DNA from: a virus
Taxonomy: Duplodnaviria; Caudoviricetes
Direction: 5' to 3' (one strand)
DNA: 64,000 nt
IMG/VR virus record: IMGVR_UViG_3300032266_000694
Span: 57 to 64,056 of that record
The translations under genes and the position numbers were made by a program. Shown piece after piece: positions 12,001 through 19,049 of the stretch (position 1 is its first letter; the number at the start of each line of letters is the position of its first letter). Below the pieces are notes generated by a model, which ran no database searches, had not been told where the DNA came from, and was given only the letters and a program-made list of their open reading frames with translations.

Positions 12001-13964
12001 CCCTTAATGACACCGCCTGTTACGCTTGCGTTAAAATCATTATCGGTAGGGAATGTCTGGTCTAACCAATCCCGATTCTCTTTGGCCGCTTGAGATGCGT
12101 TAAGGAAGAACTCGCCACCGCTACCACCAAGCTGGCGTCCGACCAATGCGTAGAACCCGCTAGCTTGATCTTGGTTAAACCGAATCGACCCCTTGATCGC
12201 TTGGTTAATGGTGTTCCCAATAAATCCTCGTTTGTCCTTCGGTGCTTTCTGGATCTCCTTGCTGGCCTCGATGGCTACTTTTGTTGGGATCTCTTTGTTC
12301 TTCGCCTTTTCCATCAGCGAGTCCGTTGGAGCTTCTGGACTGATATCTGCTGGCTTTGGCTTTACCGCTTCGCCAGTTAGGTATTTCCTCTGATTAACAG
12401 CTCCAGCGGTCTTGTTTGCCTCATAGTCAACCTTGGCCTTTTGGCTTTCCGCCTCCTGTTTAGCGCTTTCAATAGCATCTTTTTCGAGAGACTGGGCTGA
12501 TTCGAGGGACTGGTTGCCCATAATGACGCTTGGCAATTTCCCTTTGAGGTCGGCCTCAAGGACATCAATAGCCCTGCTGGATGCGTCAATTTCATCTTGT
12601 GAAGCCCCAGATTTGATAAGCTCATTGTGTTGGGCGATGGCTAGATCTGTCTTTTTCCGCAACAGAGTCCATACAGCCCTAGCGTTGACGGCGGGCTTTT
12701 TAATTTCGTCGGTGTATTCGGCAAGCTTCTGTTTGCGGTTCTCAAGGTTGGCATCGACTGATTTCTTGACTTGCTCTGCCTCTTGTCTGACTCCTTTGGC
12801 TTCCTCAGACTCTGGGAGGCCGATCATCATTCCGTTAACTACGGATGGGATCATACCCTCGAGGGCTTTGGGAAGGGCAGGGGCGTCTGGGTCGAGATTG
12901 CCTAAATTGAGGGACGATGCTGATTCTTGTAGTGCTTTATATATCGGATCATCCTTGGGGTCATTGGACTTGGAGCCGTCAGCTTTGACAATGCCTTGCT
13001 TGCGAACGTCTTGACCTCTTTGCATGAGGGCGTTGAAGGTTGCTTCTTTTTGTTTTTGTTTTGCAAGTTCCGCTTGGAGAGTTTTGTGGTTCGCAAGTTC
13101 CGATTTTTTTTCATTTAACTCCTTTGTGCGGGCTTGCTCTGCGCTCGCTAGTTCCTTGGCGTATTTGTCCCTTTCCTCGTCGCTATCGCCACCTGTGAAT
13201 GGCGGAGGGTTGTCTCTTGCCTCTTTAATTTGAGCCTCAAGCACGCCGATATCTGCTTGCAACGCATCCTGTGTGGCCTTTAGGCCTCTGAATGCCTCGC
13301 CGTAAATCTTGTTGTCTCTGCTTGTTCTCTCATCCCTAGCAATGGTGCGAATAGCTTCGTCATCCGAGTCCACCAGTTCATCAATGCTCCCGATCCTCTT
13401 GGATTTGCGGGTTGCATCACGCTCTGGGGTCGCACCCTCGACTTGGGGTTTGCCCATGGGGACTCGGTAGATTGCATTTGGATCTTCGCCGTAATCTTTA
13501 TTTCCTGTCTTAATTTGGACTGGAACTTCTGGCTTGTTGATTGGGTTGCCAAATTCGTCAAACTTTGTTGTACCGCCTAGTTCGTTTGGAGTTTCCCCAG
13601 ATCCCCATTCCAGAGTCGGCATTCCTTTGTTATCGGACGTAACCTTCGGCTCAACTCCACCGCCAGCTACTTGCCGATGCCTTACGCCAGCGGTATCTAG
13701 GGTGCGTTCGGTCTGGGCGTTAGAGCGATCTCTGGACGCTTTTGCTTCTTGGTTAGCTATCTGGTTAAGTTTGTTGGCGTCGCTTCTTGAAATGTATGTC
13801 GGGGCAGGGGCGGGCTTCGGTTGGCTTGCTTCCTGTTCCTCTTGTCGCTTCTTGCGAATCCGAGCCAATAATTTGTCTGCTTCGTCTGGTTCGGGGCCAG
13901 CAAAAGCAGTTCCTTGGATGCGGTTAGGGCGTACCGAGGGATTCAACTCGCTGGGCAAGCCCAT
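1..13964 (-). CDS. Giant polyvalent virion/ejection protein, N-terminal >=4654 aa (runs off left edge; absent from ORF track)
   Basis: ATG at 13964 (MGLPSELNPSVRPNRIQG...) lies 3 nt after the stop of the upstream gene. Frame spot-translated open at 1-380, 510-545, 795-830, 1130-1160, 2450-3300 and 7490-7520. The ORF track lists no stop-terminated minus ORF in this frame, consistent with no internal stop. Confidence 0.92.
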   Translation of the reverse strand, partial: MGLPSELNPSVRPNRIQGTAFAGPEPDEADKLLARIRKKRQEEQEASQPKPAPAPTYISRSDANKLNQIANQEAKASRDRSNAQTERTLDTAGVRHRQVAGGGVEPKVTSDNKGMPTLEWGSGETPNELGGTTKFDEFGNPINKPEVPVQIKTGNKDYGEDPNAIYRVPMGKPQVEGATPERDATRKSKRIGSIDELVDSDDEAIRTIARDERTSRDNKIYGEAFRGLKATQDALQADIGVLEAQIKEARDNPPPFTGGDSDEERDKYAKELASAEQARTKELNEKKSELANHKTLQAELAKQKQKEATFNALMQRGQDVRKQGIVKADGSKSNDPKDDPIYKALQESASSLNLGNLDPDAPALPKALEGMIPSVVNGMMIGLPESEEAKGVRQEAEQVKKSVDANLENRKQKLAEYTDEIKKPAVNARAVWTLLRKKTDLAIAQHNELIKSGASQDEIDASSRAIDVLEADLKGKLPSVIMGNQSLESAQSLEKDAIESAKQEAESQKAKVDYEANKTAGAVNQRKYLTGEAVKPKPADISPEAPTDSLMEKAKNKEIPTKVAIEASKEIQKAPKDKRGFIGNTINQAIKGSIRFNQDQASGFYALVGRQLGGSGGEFFLNASQAAKENRDWLDQTFPTDNDFNASVTGGVIKGISELPAQMMTYVASAPLGPIGSGAVGYLGNVSSLYAEAIADQEEAQKKTGIVLTPSQSHVAALTYALPAAGIDTISDKFTLGLGKKLALAKLPATQARNLLAKYALSASKFLWPSIKGGAVEGVTEGLQQRWLNQIAIEIADYDPARDPNEEVARSIIIAAATGGLAVQVTAGAEKSVMFGQEFINTIGATDEAQEGASFELQKATADIEPGGWEAWANSQGSGSPSDVVLNARPLAGQVAEAVAPTLTPEVNLEEISYENNLEWDEATQSVKKTSGKSKVVRFADREMVVVDVNGVKIPFYRSTGYAGKKNVKAGKWYPVFGIGADGWINKGTQEQINAYYGSPELKAMAERLDAQLGTQTSGKPVGSGNSINKGLGEIGVTPVEKGLAESPERLRQNIQKVLQAIEKGRTESKSELSKSEPEPEALKPANRLINIGNKLDLLKENADEMEYFAVRAHVAETISALAKAQNNTRNEISQLSDVPASKSELSQREAAKAASYIITGGQITEEMGSYKIKGMPIFQTREDGATILNPSFAEDFFKNVPSIIDYENIKSMIPAIEARVEALGMRATEGSSDEPEKVEKPLLENTPTKLLQRSGNKLAGTTSIERIESAKAKTSELAKGLSVDGIRLNYEEGEIGGTSMQASISNDGSISLRVDPTHFKFQDSQDAEINNRAFGEEVLHIGDFAVSIQEAKAKGLSPDQYASYHVKRRNDLFNKILEVGESDTQVLKALISSISLYDPNTDFDGSPAGVGEIKNYLAGDEVKTMQVMSEMLRQLGTIEAKGGLTESRIELRQASQGNYPSGEKAVGVKIKDLIGQIKQYLMAVYKALSRMRKALSSANPQVGAELDDLLNKIQDVLKGKKVDWAGLGVPPASITGKRSGGLVQPNLPSTGANPRPTAPATAEEQLEPPAPPVPPEPPAPPAPPVPPAPTTNGLPKLPSYLAGAKPRYGFGSNLFQLSFNNDIDKALYIIAQRNPSERDAEYLKFVMDATGMNEAEAREAGKKFREVIKVNVSEVLMNPESDSFLDENGAVIIDPSEVAKKMMGENKPAPTPKKNTIKAFTQGFTGSTVIGTPKIIEATEAKDMEGTDIQPRNRKDRDAYKTQIETMARNWDPDKAMPGTSTGDGAPILTDKNEIVSGHGRIKAMIEMFRRYPERAAAYRAKLMEKFPEMAEQIRSMKMPIVVTEMDLMASFEESNKTATGLGVNKTPEQFLRRLAVRANTGTLATEELAVSDAREIQDNPELRDIKQNENGDLSETPDNVAIQQKFFEIFGSPQQYRNNDETFTKSFKDRVTSALLADAIASSNNGKITDSEKIIISAITDPENSNAGVKTLAAALTKSVARLVSLRQIATEVLGAEKASQLDPLVPIAKSLQAYLEAKRSGGENTPKDWQSFVENNRSQIPGLAENILDQTSADVFQPIYDFRDSSAKLSSYLNNLAAELEAKIQDLKDMGGTDIFGEPVPIASEETFGQTIQSAAQKAVEKTLSKTRLSSRGLPAPDPREEQIDKDQEKAELQESWTPVGEEESKKIDGYYSLGLQAPANLAPEQTSAINELVKEVGPIPQYVSKMIGIPVDKIFKRDDGEERLSAEALETIALSINQIEKGKSLTIGHEMGVGKGRIVGSIMAVYALKKGLIPVFVTKSEPLYPAMLDDIEDVGFEGQIKPLITNNNWSSMRSKGRPVTMKNPIQKLRLTAQTGKMPSEHNAVFTTYAQISSVAKKDVIPALNAIADRAIFILDESHNAAGTDSSIGEFFRSVIPRSRGAVFSSATAIKSPANIATYFPKTSIPMAVPTASEFERLAKRFGNPFMQMTSSMLSRAGQMFRLQSGFTWKGQKIPFIPSPIKAKQEVIDAHNAANEILGEMRQIEIGEKMKKLTQQLVQDAQEAYDGTEAKALIYPLSGQFHNVAANMVLGAKIKDTADLAEAEIKAGRKVFISMDTTGEAFLRDAKEIMEGGTLQSYDKVSKVTFKDFMERYARKLNTNKVKIEPADEKSEAPALEFTIDWNKTNGKSNIPSWVSQKSIELHDSLMETGFKDLALIIKDNAETLNKLPISPFDALRAELQRRQILSAEISGRDIAVTPSGAFSQRSVTDQDKQNSLIAFRNNDQTKVLIVSRTGSTGLSAHDDPRNKSSAPRTHIVMQPAPDIVDTIQVLGRTNRNNQQSAPKLVYIYSEDIPAEVRIMAMTQKKMRRLGASTTGKDVTAAGENLGLDMLNTYGDNAVALVLANEPELRTAYNTRAGTNFPEKFEDIRKILTSGEPGDGMRRMIHKALILDIEDQRHFFEEITAEYVAMVDFAKQNGTYELESQEKDYKAEKLSDEKAWDAYGIAAGYEPSPADYKKAKESVVQMDEIGQYQEYLEPIKANNPMDRADVGTQVTISIPLEKEQAWSELYKFKVRKIKGGYELLMTKDGDKWVNADRYSTTWEDVILSAQTRLAYQESQRIENKVTNQDSGKDAFAKPARIAKYRFNNPTPPPTSAEVIPTLEQAKQQAETAVSDFLKASDSVLKDKLARISSNPRMEQMAKVRALEKSRKQYAQTKYNVERALDLVGKGAWFGKDTKQIPAYVVGVELNNRFPHAESRQYLVIQTSGFENKIRIPLQASELAHVNPFKVSLDKTPIGENEAPTRDPSVDPLSLPVGIYRNTDGSGLVVFMRGPRLLCVDTLPAEQLREVNAVAYEMAVQMHESGVEESEIENRVFNEAINKVLTTGDNALDPDSWNRYVEEKMPESRKGDGFGKTYDRSRQNATQRDQFVVEGNLLTGANFVSSMFGANVPAAVTTFTTKDGGKTTGVVMPAGVNSDNLVNLKAEVAKGQGSLLGPVGKVMDNIIDEEGRPRAVVFSDGSMISGQSLYIPDKAFLDDKNEGYRKEALDNSNAIATMIVAKINQGHDAWMYRGPKNGFSLRSRGLRREAGQGRAKEQIVEGFLTDDNAKDFSPEGVIGRNIRYKAMKASDDGWLEAGNLGEDEIHQNLYDYAIALQAQINQRHGQNTKGELIENVPNFILSAVDNRIKQMQEEAKSRETISKDAPISGTFNEEGDVEQEEASVGDYMAQKEAPESNKELYDKLEKVMASLADSDRKIFMMYVSGASYQQISETPEAYKSRNVGNLDGEVAPDRSWTFKHIQSLKGQLAKYANFLGIEAPTAREDQDPNEASPMEGFKAIEETKGQMTLFSRGLVNYLDSNAGNSVLFRDLLTAVANEPDALPSQRALAKLLTTPNTKQSMMTAGLYVPAEINPDPSFVRSYYKPSKEGNGMVVLSLNGIKNSGEPIETTIHEYKHVLTHNLLVKEGIGTATGKKELDRLVEYANRPDIEMDAEGNPLPLASGSKGGYKPLKALIKAYLAAVNASKDTAGNPVADAVFGTGLASTYDVTLHMAPYEWAIGQDGIHMKAEITSENTFPLLKYLKNRGLEGTRPMGRNSGMSLVASKGSPDFVFLNQTDEEALGGMETSGVQNTTLVLTPSGIEKLRQQDLEPLFYASYKVRATAPMFRTKVTDIQTDPQKVRSIYYGLGNIHEFVTEMYSDNRFQTEMASIPGQAGIEINGNLKEYMQALAAELPQEARNAMIQNSAIKPTILTQGQSAALELSSQPFDFMKMVENLRQGNVEKKLEQATLFARGIKIQDKDRNNIDVLKTKLLQLHKKKHGSYQKEDDGYYRPIPPQQLSSQEETLYTMLMNKAREEKWPGIAFQSDLMQVETSTKPENLVLEQQSAVPEVEVPKMEQLSLFSRGLMEVTSALSQESPMAKAVEALPRGGLYGQQREDAFTDFMQNAMLPESFEAKYQGKGLSPVKLRAEYLKQNPEVLKRLLYKESGKNPSTKLYSRGLTKDQQMDAPVGSDLRKIKTNYENVENQLLGFPKEGSGKEGKGFYETKYPYSLQLEISSDNGNTWASDAIRGMNFLQAVERAKRNWGPNVQLRSVNMVSPLVAPAPEIRESRAVKNIVTQFVDVLPEGKVKDKLLDAWYYQSVPREQQFADAKSYIATNGLQNSLNAFLSGNI
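238..286. repeat. 49-bp exact direct repeat, second copy at 63952-64000 (cut by window edge)
   Basis: acggaacgaagttgtacgttgggtccccaatttcgttttgctctctcta occurs at both places. Both copies are read in frame as ERAKRNWGPNVQLRSV. Confidence 0.95.
1155..2456 (-). other. Zincin metallopeptidase (MPTase-like) module within giant protein
   Basis: ETTIHEYKHVLT (HEXXH at 2151-2165) plus downstream YGLGNIHEFVTEMYSDNRFQ, the typical third-ligand motif of polyvalent-protein metallopeptidases. Confidence 0.85.
2478..3260 (-). other. Sigma70-family-like module (region 2 to region 4) within giant protein
   Basis: EDEIHQNLYDY...NVPNFILSAVDNRIKQM (sigma2-like), ISKDAPI...EEASVGDYM (SLDxPI linker-like), LEKVMASLADSDRKIFMMYVSGASYQQISE...RSWTFKHIQSLKGQLAKY (sigma4 HTH-like). 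Recognised by eye. Confidence 0.65.
3282..7493 (-). other. Strawberry-notch-type SF2 helicase module within giant protein
   Basis: Motifs GHEMGVGKGR (Walker A, ~7125-7155), FILDESHN (Walker B, ~6755-6780), VFSSATAIK, SRTGSTGLSAH and IQVLGRTNRNNQ...P are characteristic of AAA_34/Helicase_C_4 proteins. Confidence 0.88.
8490..8760 (-). other. ParB-superfamily (DdrB-like ParB) domain within giant protein
   Basis: Translation IQPRNRKDR...GDGAPILTDKNEIVSGHGRIKAM...AAAYRAKL matches the QPRxR / GAPI / VxSGxGR pattern of ParB-like domains in polyvalent proteins. Confidence 0.75.
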
Positions 13965-13967
13965 TGA

Positions 13968-15416
13968 CTACGCCTTCCTTGGGAAGGGGCCAGGACCAGC
14001 ATACTTTTTGTTTAGTTCGTCTACATATGCTTGCTTCTTTCTTTGCCCACGAGCCTCCGCACTTCTCTTATTGTCTTCACGTTGCCTTACCCCAGCTTCT
14101 TTGAAAGCCTCCATTCTTTGGTCATACTCGGCTTGCGAGCTTGCTGGCTTATTTGTCATTGGGCCGACAGCCTCGCCATCTTCTGGGGCTAATATCGATC
14201 CTTCAAACTTTTTGTAGCCTCCCAATGGGACAAGTTCTGGAGGCCTCTCGCTTTGTCTTCGAGATTCGCCGTTGTCTGGCCCATACGGATTGCCGAACAA
14301 CCTATTGTTTCTTCTTCGCTCAAAATCAAGTAGTTGTGATTTTTCGTTAAAATCTTTTTTAACTCCCTCTCTGTCTTCTTGTGCCGCTAATATCTCTCTT
14401 GAGAGAGCCATGCGTTCACCAGCATCACGAGTTCGAGACATGGCAACTCCAGCGGCCTCTTGCCTTGCGATTGTCCTGTCGATCGTATCGTGATCCAGTT
14501 TTGGCTCTTGCCCCGCAAAATCTATCTCATCCATTCCATCTTGTTTTCGGTAAGCGTTAACCCTCTGCATTTGCGCTTGTGGGGACATAAACGAGCTGGC
14601 TCTTTTGTCTGAGGCGGCTCTTGCTTCTTGCCCGCCCTTGTACGAGCCAGCATTCGGAGTGGCTGGCCCAAAATCTCCAGTTCCAGCTGACCACCCTCGG
14701 TAGGTCACTCCCTTGTCGGCAGGGCCACCAGTAGGATATACGTCTCGGAAAGGAAGCAGATCCTGTGCCGACAGCCGTGGCCCTTTTGAAGTTTCCAGCC
14801 TTGGCCCTTTTGAAGTTTCCTTTACTGGAGTTTTGGCTGGCTCGACTTTCGGGGTCTCCGTTGCGGGAGTCGCTGGAGTCGCGGGAGGGTTAACCGCACC
14901 CATTGAAGTGCTTTGAGCTGTTTGAGGTGTGGACTCTGGGACTCGTGGTTTGTTTTCAGTGGGGGCAGGGGGAGTTACTTCTGCTCCTCCGTTGACAGCG
15001 TCTACTAAAGAAGTGGATGGGGTGCGAGCAGTCCTTCCTCGAGATCCGCCTTCAAGTGCCGCATATTGAGATCCAGCTTTTTTCTTCATCTCTTCGGATG
15101 CCCCCGAAAGATTCATTGTTCCGCCAGTAAGTTTCCCGTCATCTCCGATTCTTGCGGTAGGTGTGCCAAATACGCTGATTCCAGCACCTTGAAGTGCCGC
15201 ATATTCTGGGCTGGCTTTTGCCATTCTGATTCCCTTGGCCGAGCGTCCGTATTTCTCGTAAATGCCCATGACCGCCGCTTGCAAAGTCTCAGCGGACACG
15301 TCTTCACCATAATCTACTGGCTCGGGGCCACCATAAGACGTTTGTTTGGCGCCGCCACCGACGCCTCCTTTGAATTCTTTGTTCCTATAGATTCCAGTTA
15401 AATCTTGTAGAGCCAT
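13968..15416 (-). CDS. Probable internal virion/ejection (pilot-like) protein
   Basis: ~480 aa low-complexity Gly/Ala/Pro-rich ORF directly upstream of the giant gene. ATG 15416 preferred because it is 52 nt from a late palindrome. Confidence 0.6.
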   Translation of the reverse strand: MALQDLTGIYRNKEFKGGVGGGAKQTSYGGPEPVDYGEDVSAETLQAAVMGIYEKYGRSAKGIRMAKASPEYAALQGAGISVFGTPTARIGDDGKLTGGTMNLSGASEEMKKKAGSQYAALEGGSRGRTARTPSTSLVDAVNGGAEVTPPAPTENKPRVPESTPQTAQSTSMGAVNPPATPATPATETPKVEPAKTPVKETSKGPRLETSKGPRLSAQDLLPFRDVYPTGGPADKGVTYRGWSAGTGDFGPATPNAGSYKGGQEARAASDKRASSFMSPQAQMQRVNAYRKQDGMDEIDFAGQEPKLDHDTIDRTIARQEAAGVAMSRTRDAGERMALSREILAAQEDREGVKKDFNEKSQLLDFERRRNNRLFGNPYGPDNGESRRQSERPPELVPLGGYKKFEGSILAPEDGEAVGPMTNKPASSQAEYDQRMEAFKEAGVRQREDNKRSAEARGQRKKQAYVDELNKKYAGPGPFPRKA

Positions 15417-15475
15417 CTCTAACAACTGGACAACAGAGTGTAGGCCTCAACAGATTTTCTGTTGGGTGCGACGCA

Positions 15476-17221
15476 TTAGGAGTAACTGGCGACAGGGGTT
15501 CTTGCCATATAGATTGGCTGTAGATCCTTTGGCAAAGTCCTAACCGCAGATGGGGTGTTGAATCTTGTCGCCCCAGCGATGGTGGTAATTCCAATAGCTA
15601 TGGCCAAAACATCGTCGTCGTGCCTACCAGCGGCCGCCTCGGATCTACCGCTTTCGGTGATAACAAAGGTCTTCAACTCCTCAATGGCGTGACGGCAGAA
15701 TATGTCGATTCCAGACCCTTTTTCGTCGTGATCTCTGATAGCTGACGCAAGTTCCTCAATGACAATGCGTCTCGTCTTGTCCGTGGTCTGCCATCCCAAG
15801 GCTTTGCTACGTTTAGATTCTCGTAAATTGAAGATTTCACGCTGATAAAGGTTAATGCTGGACTCTTTGAGTAGCTCGATCAGAGCCAGTCCTGGGCCGT
15901 TGACCTCTGGGACTACTAAACACCCTCCGTAAAACAGGGAAAGTCTCTCAATAAACTCGGCTAATACGTCAATATCGACTCGGCAGGGAGGTCTGACCCT
16001 TGCCACAAGAGCGGGACGGATCCACGAGCCGTCCGAATCGAAGTATCCAGCTCTTAAAACGACTACGGCGTGAGAATCTGGGTCAGCTCCAGAGACTTGG
16101 GAGTTGCCTGTCATACAATCCGCTGAAATTAGGTATCTGCCGTTCTCTTTTGGGTTTTCCCATATCCACGCCCAGCTTTCGGCCATAGAACAGCTTCTAA
16201 ATATGGGTTTTGTAAAGTTCGTCGGGACGTCGATTGTGCCGTAAATGGGGTCTTTTATGGTTTTTTCGAGGGCGGAGATCCCAGAAAGATCAAACCGAGG
16301 CCGTCCAGACGCCAAAAAGCAACTAATCGGGTCAGAAGGGTACTCTTGCTCAAATTGTTTAGCATCGCCACCGCACTTCTCCTTGATGACTCGACGCCTC
16401 CAAGCAAGTTGGTTGTCGGTCAGCGAAAACTCTTCCTGTAGGGATTGCTCCTTAAAAGACAGCTCAAGAGATTCAGTTACAGGCTCTTGGTTTTCCTCAA
16501 AGTTATGCCAAGCGGCGAAGATTCGGATGTATCCGTTTCCTGTTTTACCGCTTTTGTACTCATCAAATGTGACCGCACTTTGCCAAGTATTGTAAAAAGC
16601 TCCACCAGCTCCGTTCGGGGTGGATTCCTCGATGACAATGGTGTTGGGTGAGGTGGGTACGCAGTTACGAATAGCCAATAGGATCTTTTCACCAGACCGC
16701 TCTCCAGCTCTGCGATAGTGGGCGACCTCAGAGCAAAGAAGGGCTTGGAGTGTCATGGATCGCCCTGCACCAGGATCGTTGGCGGTTTCCTTGGCAATTC
16801 TGCTTCCGTTGGATAGCTCGCCTCTGGACACGCTGAATGTCTGCCCCCAATCGAGGTTGTCGTTTTCTACATACCGATTGACCATATTCAGAAGGTTCTG
16901 CGAGGTATCCAGCTCGTCACCCAGAACACAGGCCGTTGCGTTTTCAGTGCTACGGATAAAGTGAGTAATGACGGCGGCCGTAATGGTGCTTGATCCCATC
17001 TGCCGAGGCTTTAAGACGACAAGGCGGATAGGCTTCTGGTTCTTCTTAAGCCAGCGGATTACTCGGGCAACGTGCTTCTGGAGATAGTTAGCCCTTGGGC
17101 TTACCAGCTTTGCATCCTTTGTAAGGATCTTGGTATACGTCTCCCACCACGCAAGGAAGTCGGCCTGTGCAACCGCTTCGATGGTCTCGATGGTTACTTG
17201 CGCTTTTTCTTCTTCGGCCAT
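15476..17221 (-). CDS. terL: Terminase large subunit
   Basis: LKPRQMGSST Walker A, LLCSEVAH Walker B, ESTPNG motif C, nuclease ISADCMTG and GRHDDDVLAIAIG. Confidence 0.95.
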   Translation of the reverse strand: MAEEEKAQVTIETIEAVAQADFLAWWETYTKILTKDAKLVSPRANYLQKHVARVIRWLKKNQKPIRLVVLKPRQMGSSTITAAVITHFIRSTENATACVLGDELDTSQNLLNMVNRYVENDNLDWGQTFSVSRGELSNGSRIAKETANDPGAGRSMTLQALLCSEVAHYRRAGERSGEKILLAIRNCVPTSPNTIVIEESTPNGAGGAFYNTWQSAVTFDEYKSGKTGNGYIRIFAAWHNFEENQEPVTESLELSFKEQSLQEEFSLTDNQLAWRRRVIKEKCGGDAKQFEQEYPSDPISCFLASGRPRFDLSGISALEKTIKDPIYGTIDVPTNFTKPIFRSCSMAESWAWIWENPKENGRYLISADCMTGNSQVSGADPDSHAVVVLRAGYFDSDGSWIRPALVARVRPPCRVDIDVLAEFIERLSLFYGGCLVVPEVNGPGLALIELLKESSINLYQREIFNLRESKRSKALGWQTTDKTRRIVIEELASAIRDHDEKGSGIDIFCRHAIEELKTFVITESGRSEAAAGRHDDDVLAIAIGITTIAGATRFNTPSAVRTLPKDLQPIYMARTPVASYS

Positions 17222-17330
17222 TGCCAGTAGACTTCCGTGCTTTTACCAGATCCGAAGGTGGCTGTTTTCCACTCTCCGAATTTGTTTTCTCTGCGCTTCT
17301 CGGAAAGTCCTTTTGGCTTATTCTTTTTCA

Positions 17331-18548
17331 TCACGGACAAACCTTGGTGGCTGTGAAGTTTGGCCAAGTAACCAGCCAAGGCCGAGGCTGATTGTCGTAC
17401 ACCCTTACAATTTCACCAATGCCTTGAGTGTTTTCATATATCCATGCAGAACCGTCATATCGGACAACCTCATCGCCATATTGATAGGTATCAAGGCCGT
17501 ATGGGGCATACCCGATGGGAGACAGGAGACGAGGGCCATAAGGCCATATTGCGTTTGCGCCAGTCATTAAGACTTTTGCCGTTGCGTCTGGACAGCTTGG
17601 CAAGGCCACGCTTCCTCCGTCATAAGTGGCTATGGGATTTGACACGGCCATAGATGCCACGTTGTTTGAAACCGTGTAAAAGGCCAAGGTATCGAAACTT
17701 GTGAATGGCGTTGCGTCTATGTGTGTGAATTTCGAGGAATACCCAGATCCATATATATGGCTGGTTAGCTCAAGCGAGCTTCCAATCCTTTTTAGTTTGA
17801 TTGAGACGTCGTACTCGTTTTGCCCACCAAACCCGACAACGGAAGTAGATGCAAGTTGCTGGTATACTCCAGTTGTTGTGCTGAGTAGCGGAGGATTTGC
17901 TGTTTCTGTTCTTTTGAGGAGTCTGTTGTCTGCTGGCCCATAACCAAACATATAGCCTGAATATCCATTGAAAACGGCGTTGGATAAGTTGTGGTTGTCA
18001 TAGTTTATGTACGATCCAACGCTATCGAAGAGTCCAATGCGGATTGCGTTGTTAGACGTAATTGTAAAGCCAGTTCTATCAAGCTTGAGTTTTAAAGAGA
18101 TGCTCAATGTCCCGCCTTGTGCTATCTGCCGTGGTGTCGGCCTGTATCTAGTCCAACCATTTGCATCCTGCGCGGTTGTTGCGGCTGTATACTGTGGCGC
18201 GGGGATTCGGGGTACTTGAGGATTAGTGAGCGATCCTGTCTTCCTATACAATCCGTGACCATACCTTCCCCCGTAAACAATATCCCCAACATTATATGTA
18301 CTTGATTCGCTGTATGTCGGATACTGATCCTTCATGCAGTCAAAGTGACACAGGCAATGTCTTCCGCTTGCACCAGAGAATATCCTCACTTCGCCATTGT
18401 CATAAGCTATTGAGTTGGATGGTCCATTGTTAGCCCCAGACGTAAACCATTGCCTGTCCCCAAAGCTACCGCCAGCAGTCAGCATGTCTGAATACAGAGC
18501 TACTGGAGCCAACCCGCTAGGAGCGGTGGATAAGCGGTTGCCGAGCAT
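17331..18548 (-). CDS. Putative virion/tail-fibre accessory protein (beta-rich, lectin-like)
   Basis: 405 aa Gly/Ser/Thr/Tyr-rich ORF in the late operon. Confidence 0.5.
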   Translation of the reverse strand: MLGNRLSTAPSGLAPVALYSDMLTAGGSFGDRQWFTSGANNGPSNSIAYDNGEVRIFSGASGRHCLCHFDCMKDQYPTYSESSTYNVGDIVYGGRYGHGLYRKTGSLTNPQVPRIPAPQYTAATTAQDANGWTRYRPTPRQIAQGGTLSISLKLKLDRTGFTITSNNAIRIGLFDSVGSYINYDNHNLSNAVFNGYSGYMFGYGPADNRLLKRTETANPPLLSTTTGVYQQLASTSVVGFGGQNEYDVSIKLKRIGSSLELTSHIYGSGYSSKFTHIDATPFTSFDTLAFYTVSNNVASMAVSNPIATYDGGSVALPSCPDATAKVLMTGANAIWPYGPRLLSPIGYAPYGLDTYQYGDEVVRYDGSAWIYENTQGIGEIVRVYDNQPRPWLVTWPNFTATKVCP

Positions 18549-18829
18549 TAGACGTTCCTGTAGGCGATGACTTTTCCGTTGGTCAAAGTAAAGGACGTGA
18601 ACGATCCAAAGATCGTAGCCCCAGCGGGAAGGGGAATTGCCGATGCTGTTGATGGCGTCCAGTTGCTTGCGGTTAGCGTGATGACAGATCCCTCGACAGC
18701 TTGAATGGCTCCAAAGTTTCCGTTCGTCTGGGTAGTGTCCGAAACATAGACTGCTCCGCCTTGTCCGAGGGACAGGCTGGTGTCTTTTGCAATTCCTTCG
18801 ATGCTTCTATCTTGTATTGATGTAGACAT
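18548..18829 (-). CDS. Small beta-rich virion protein
   Basis: 93 aa ORF ending ...PLPAGATIFGSFTSFTLTNGKVIAY, SD-like GAGGAG upstream, overlaps next start. Confidence 0.6.
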   Translation of the reverse strand: MSTSIQDRSIEGIAKDTSLSLGQGGAVYVSDTTQTNGNFGAIQAVEGSVITLTASNWTPSTASAIPLPAGATIFGSFTSFTLTNGKVIAYRNV

Positions 18830-18848
18830 ATATGTTTTCTCCTCTTGG

Positions 18849-19049
18849 TTATGACCTCTTCCACCAATCGGCGGAGTCGGTCGGTTTGATTTTTTTTGCT
18901 AACGTGGAAATTGTTTTTTTGGCCTCACGGAGTCCGATGGTCAGCCGAACGCACGGGGTCCCGTCTTTATCAAGAAAGCACTCCAGAAAACCCTCGTCGT
19001 GAAGGTAGGAGATCGCCGCTAGGGCTTCTTTTTCTCGGTTGTAGCTCAT
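18849..19049 (-). CDS. Hypothetical protein (66 aa)
   Basis: ATG 19049 overlaps the stop of the upstream gene. The longer ORF-track version overlaps that gene extensively. Confidence 0.6.
   Translation of the reverse strand: MSYNREKEALAAISYLHDEGFLECFLDKDGTPCVRLTIGLREAKKTISTLAKKIKPTDSADWWKRS

Noticed and set aside
78-14217. Dozens of short ORF-track entries on both strands
   Set aside because: They are shadows of the single giant minus-strand frame and have no recognisable domains.
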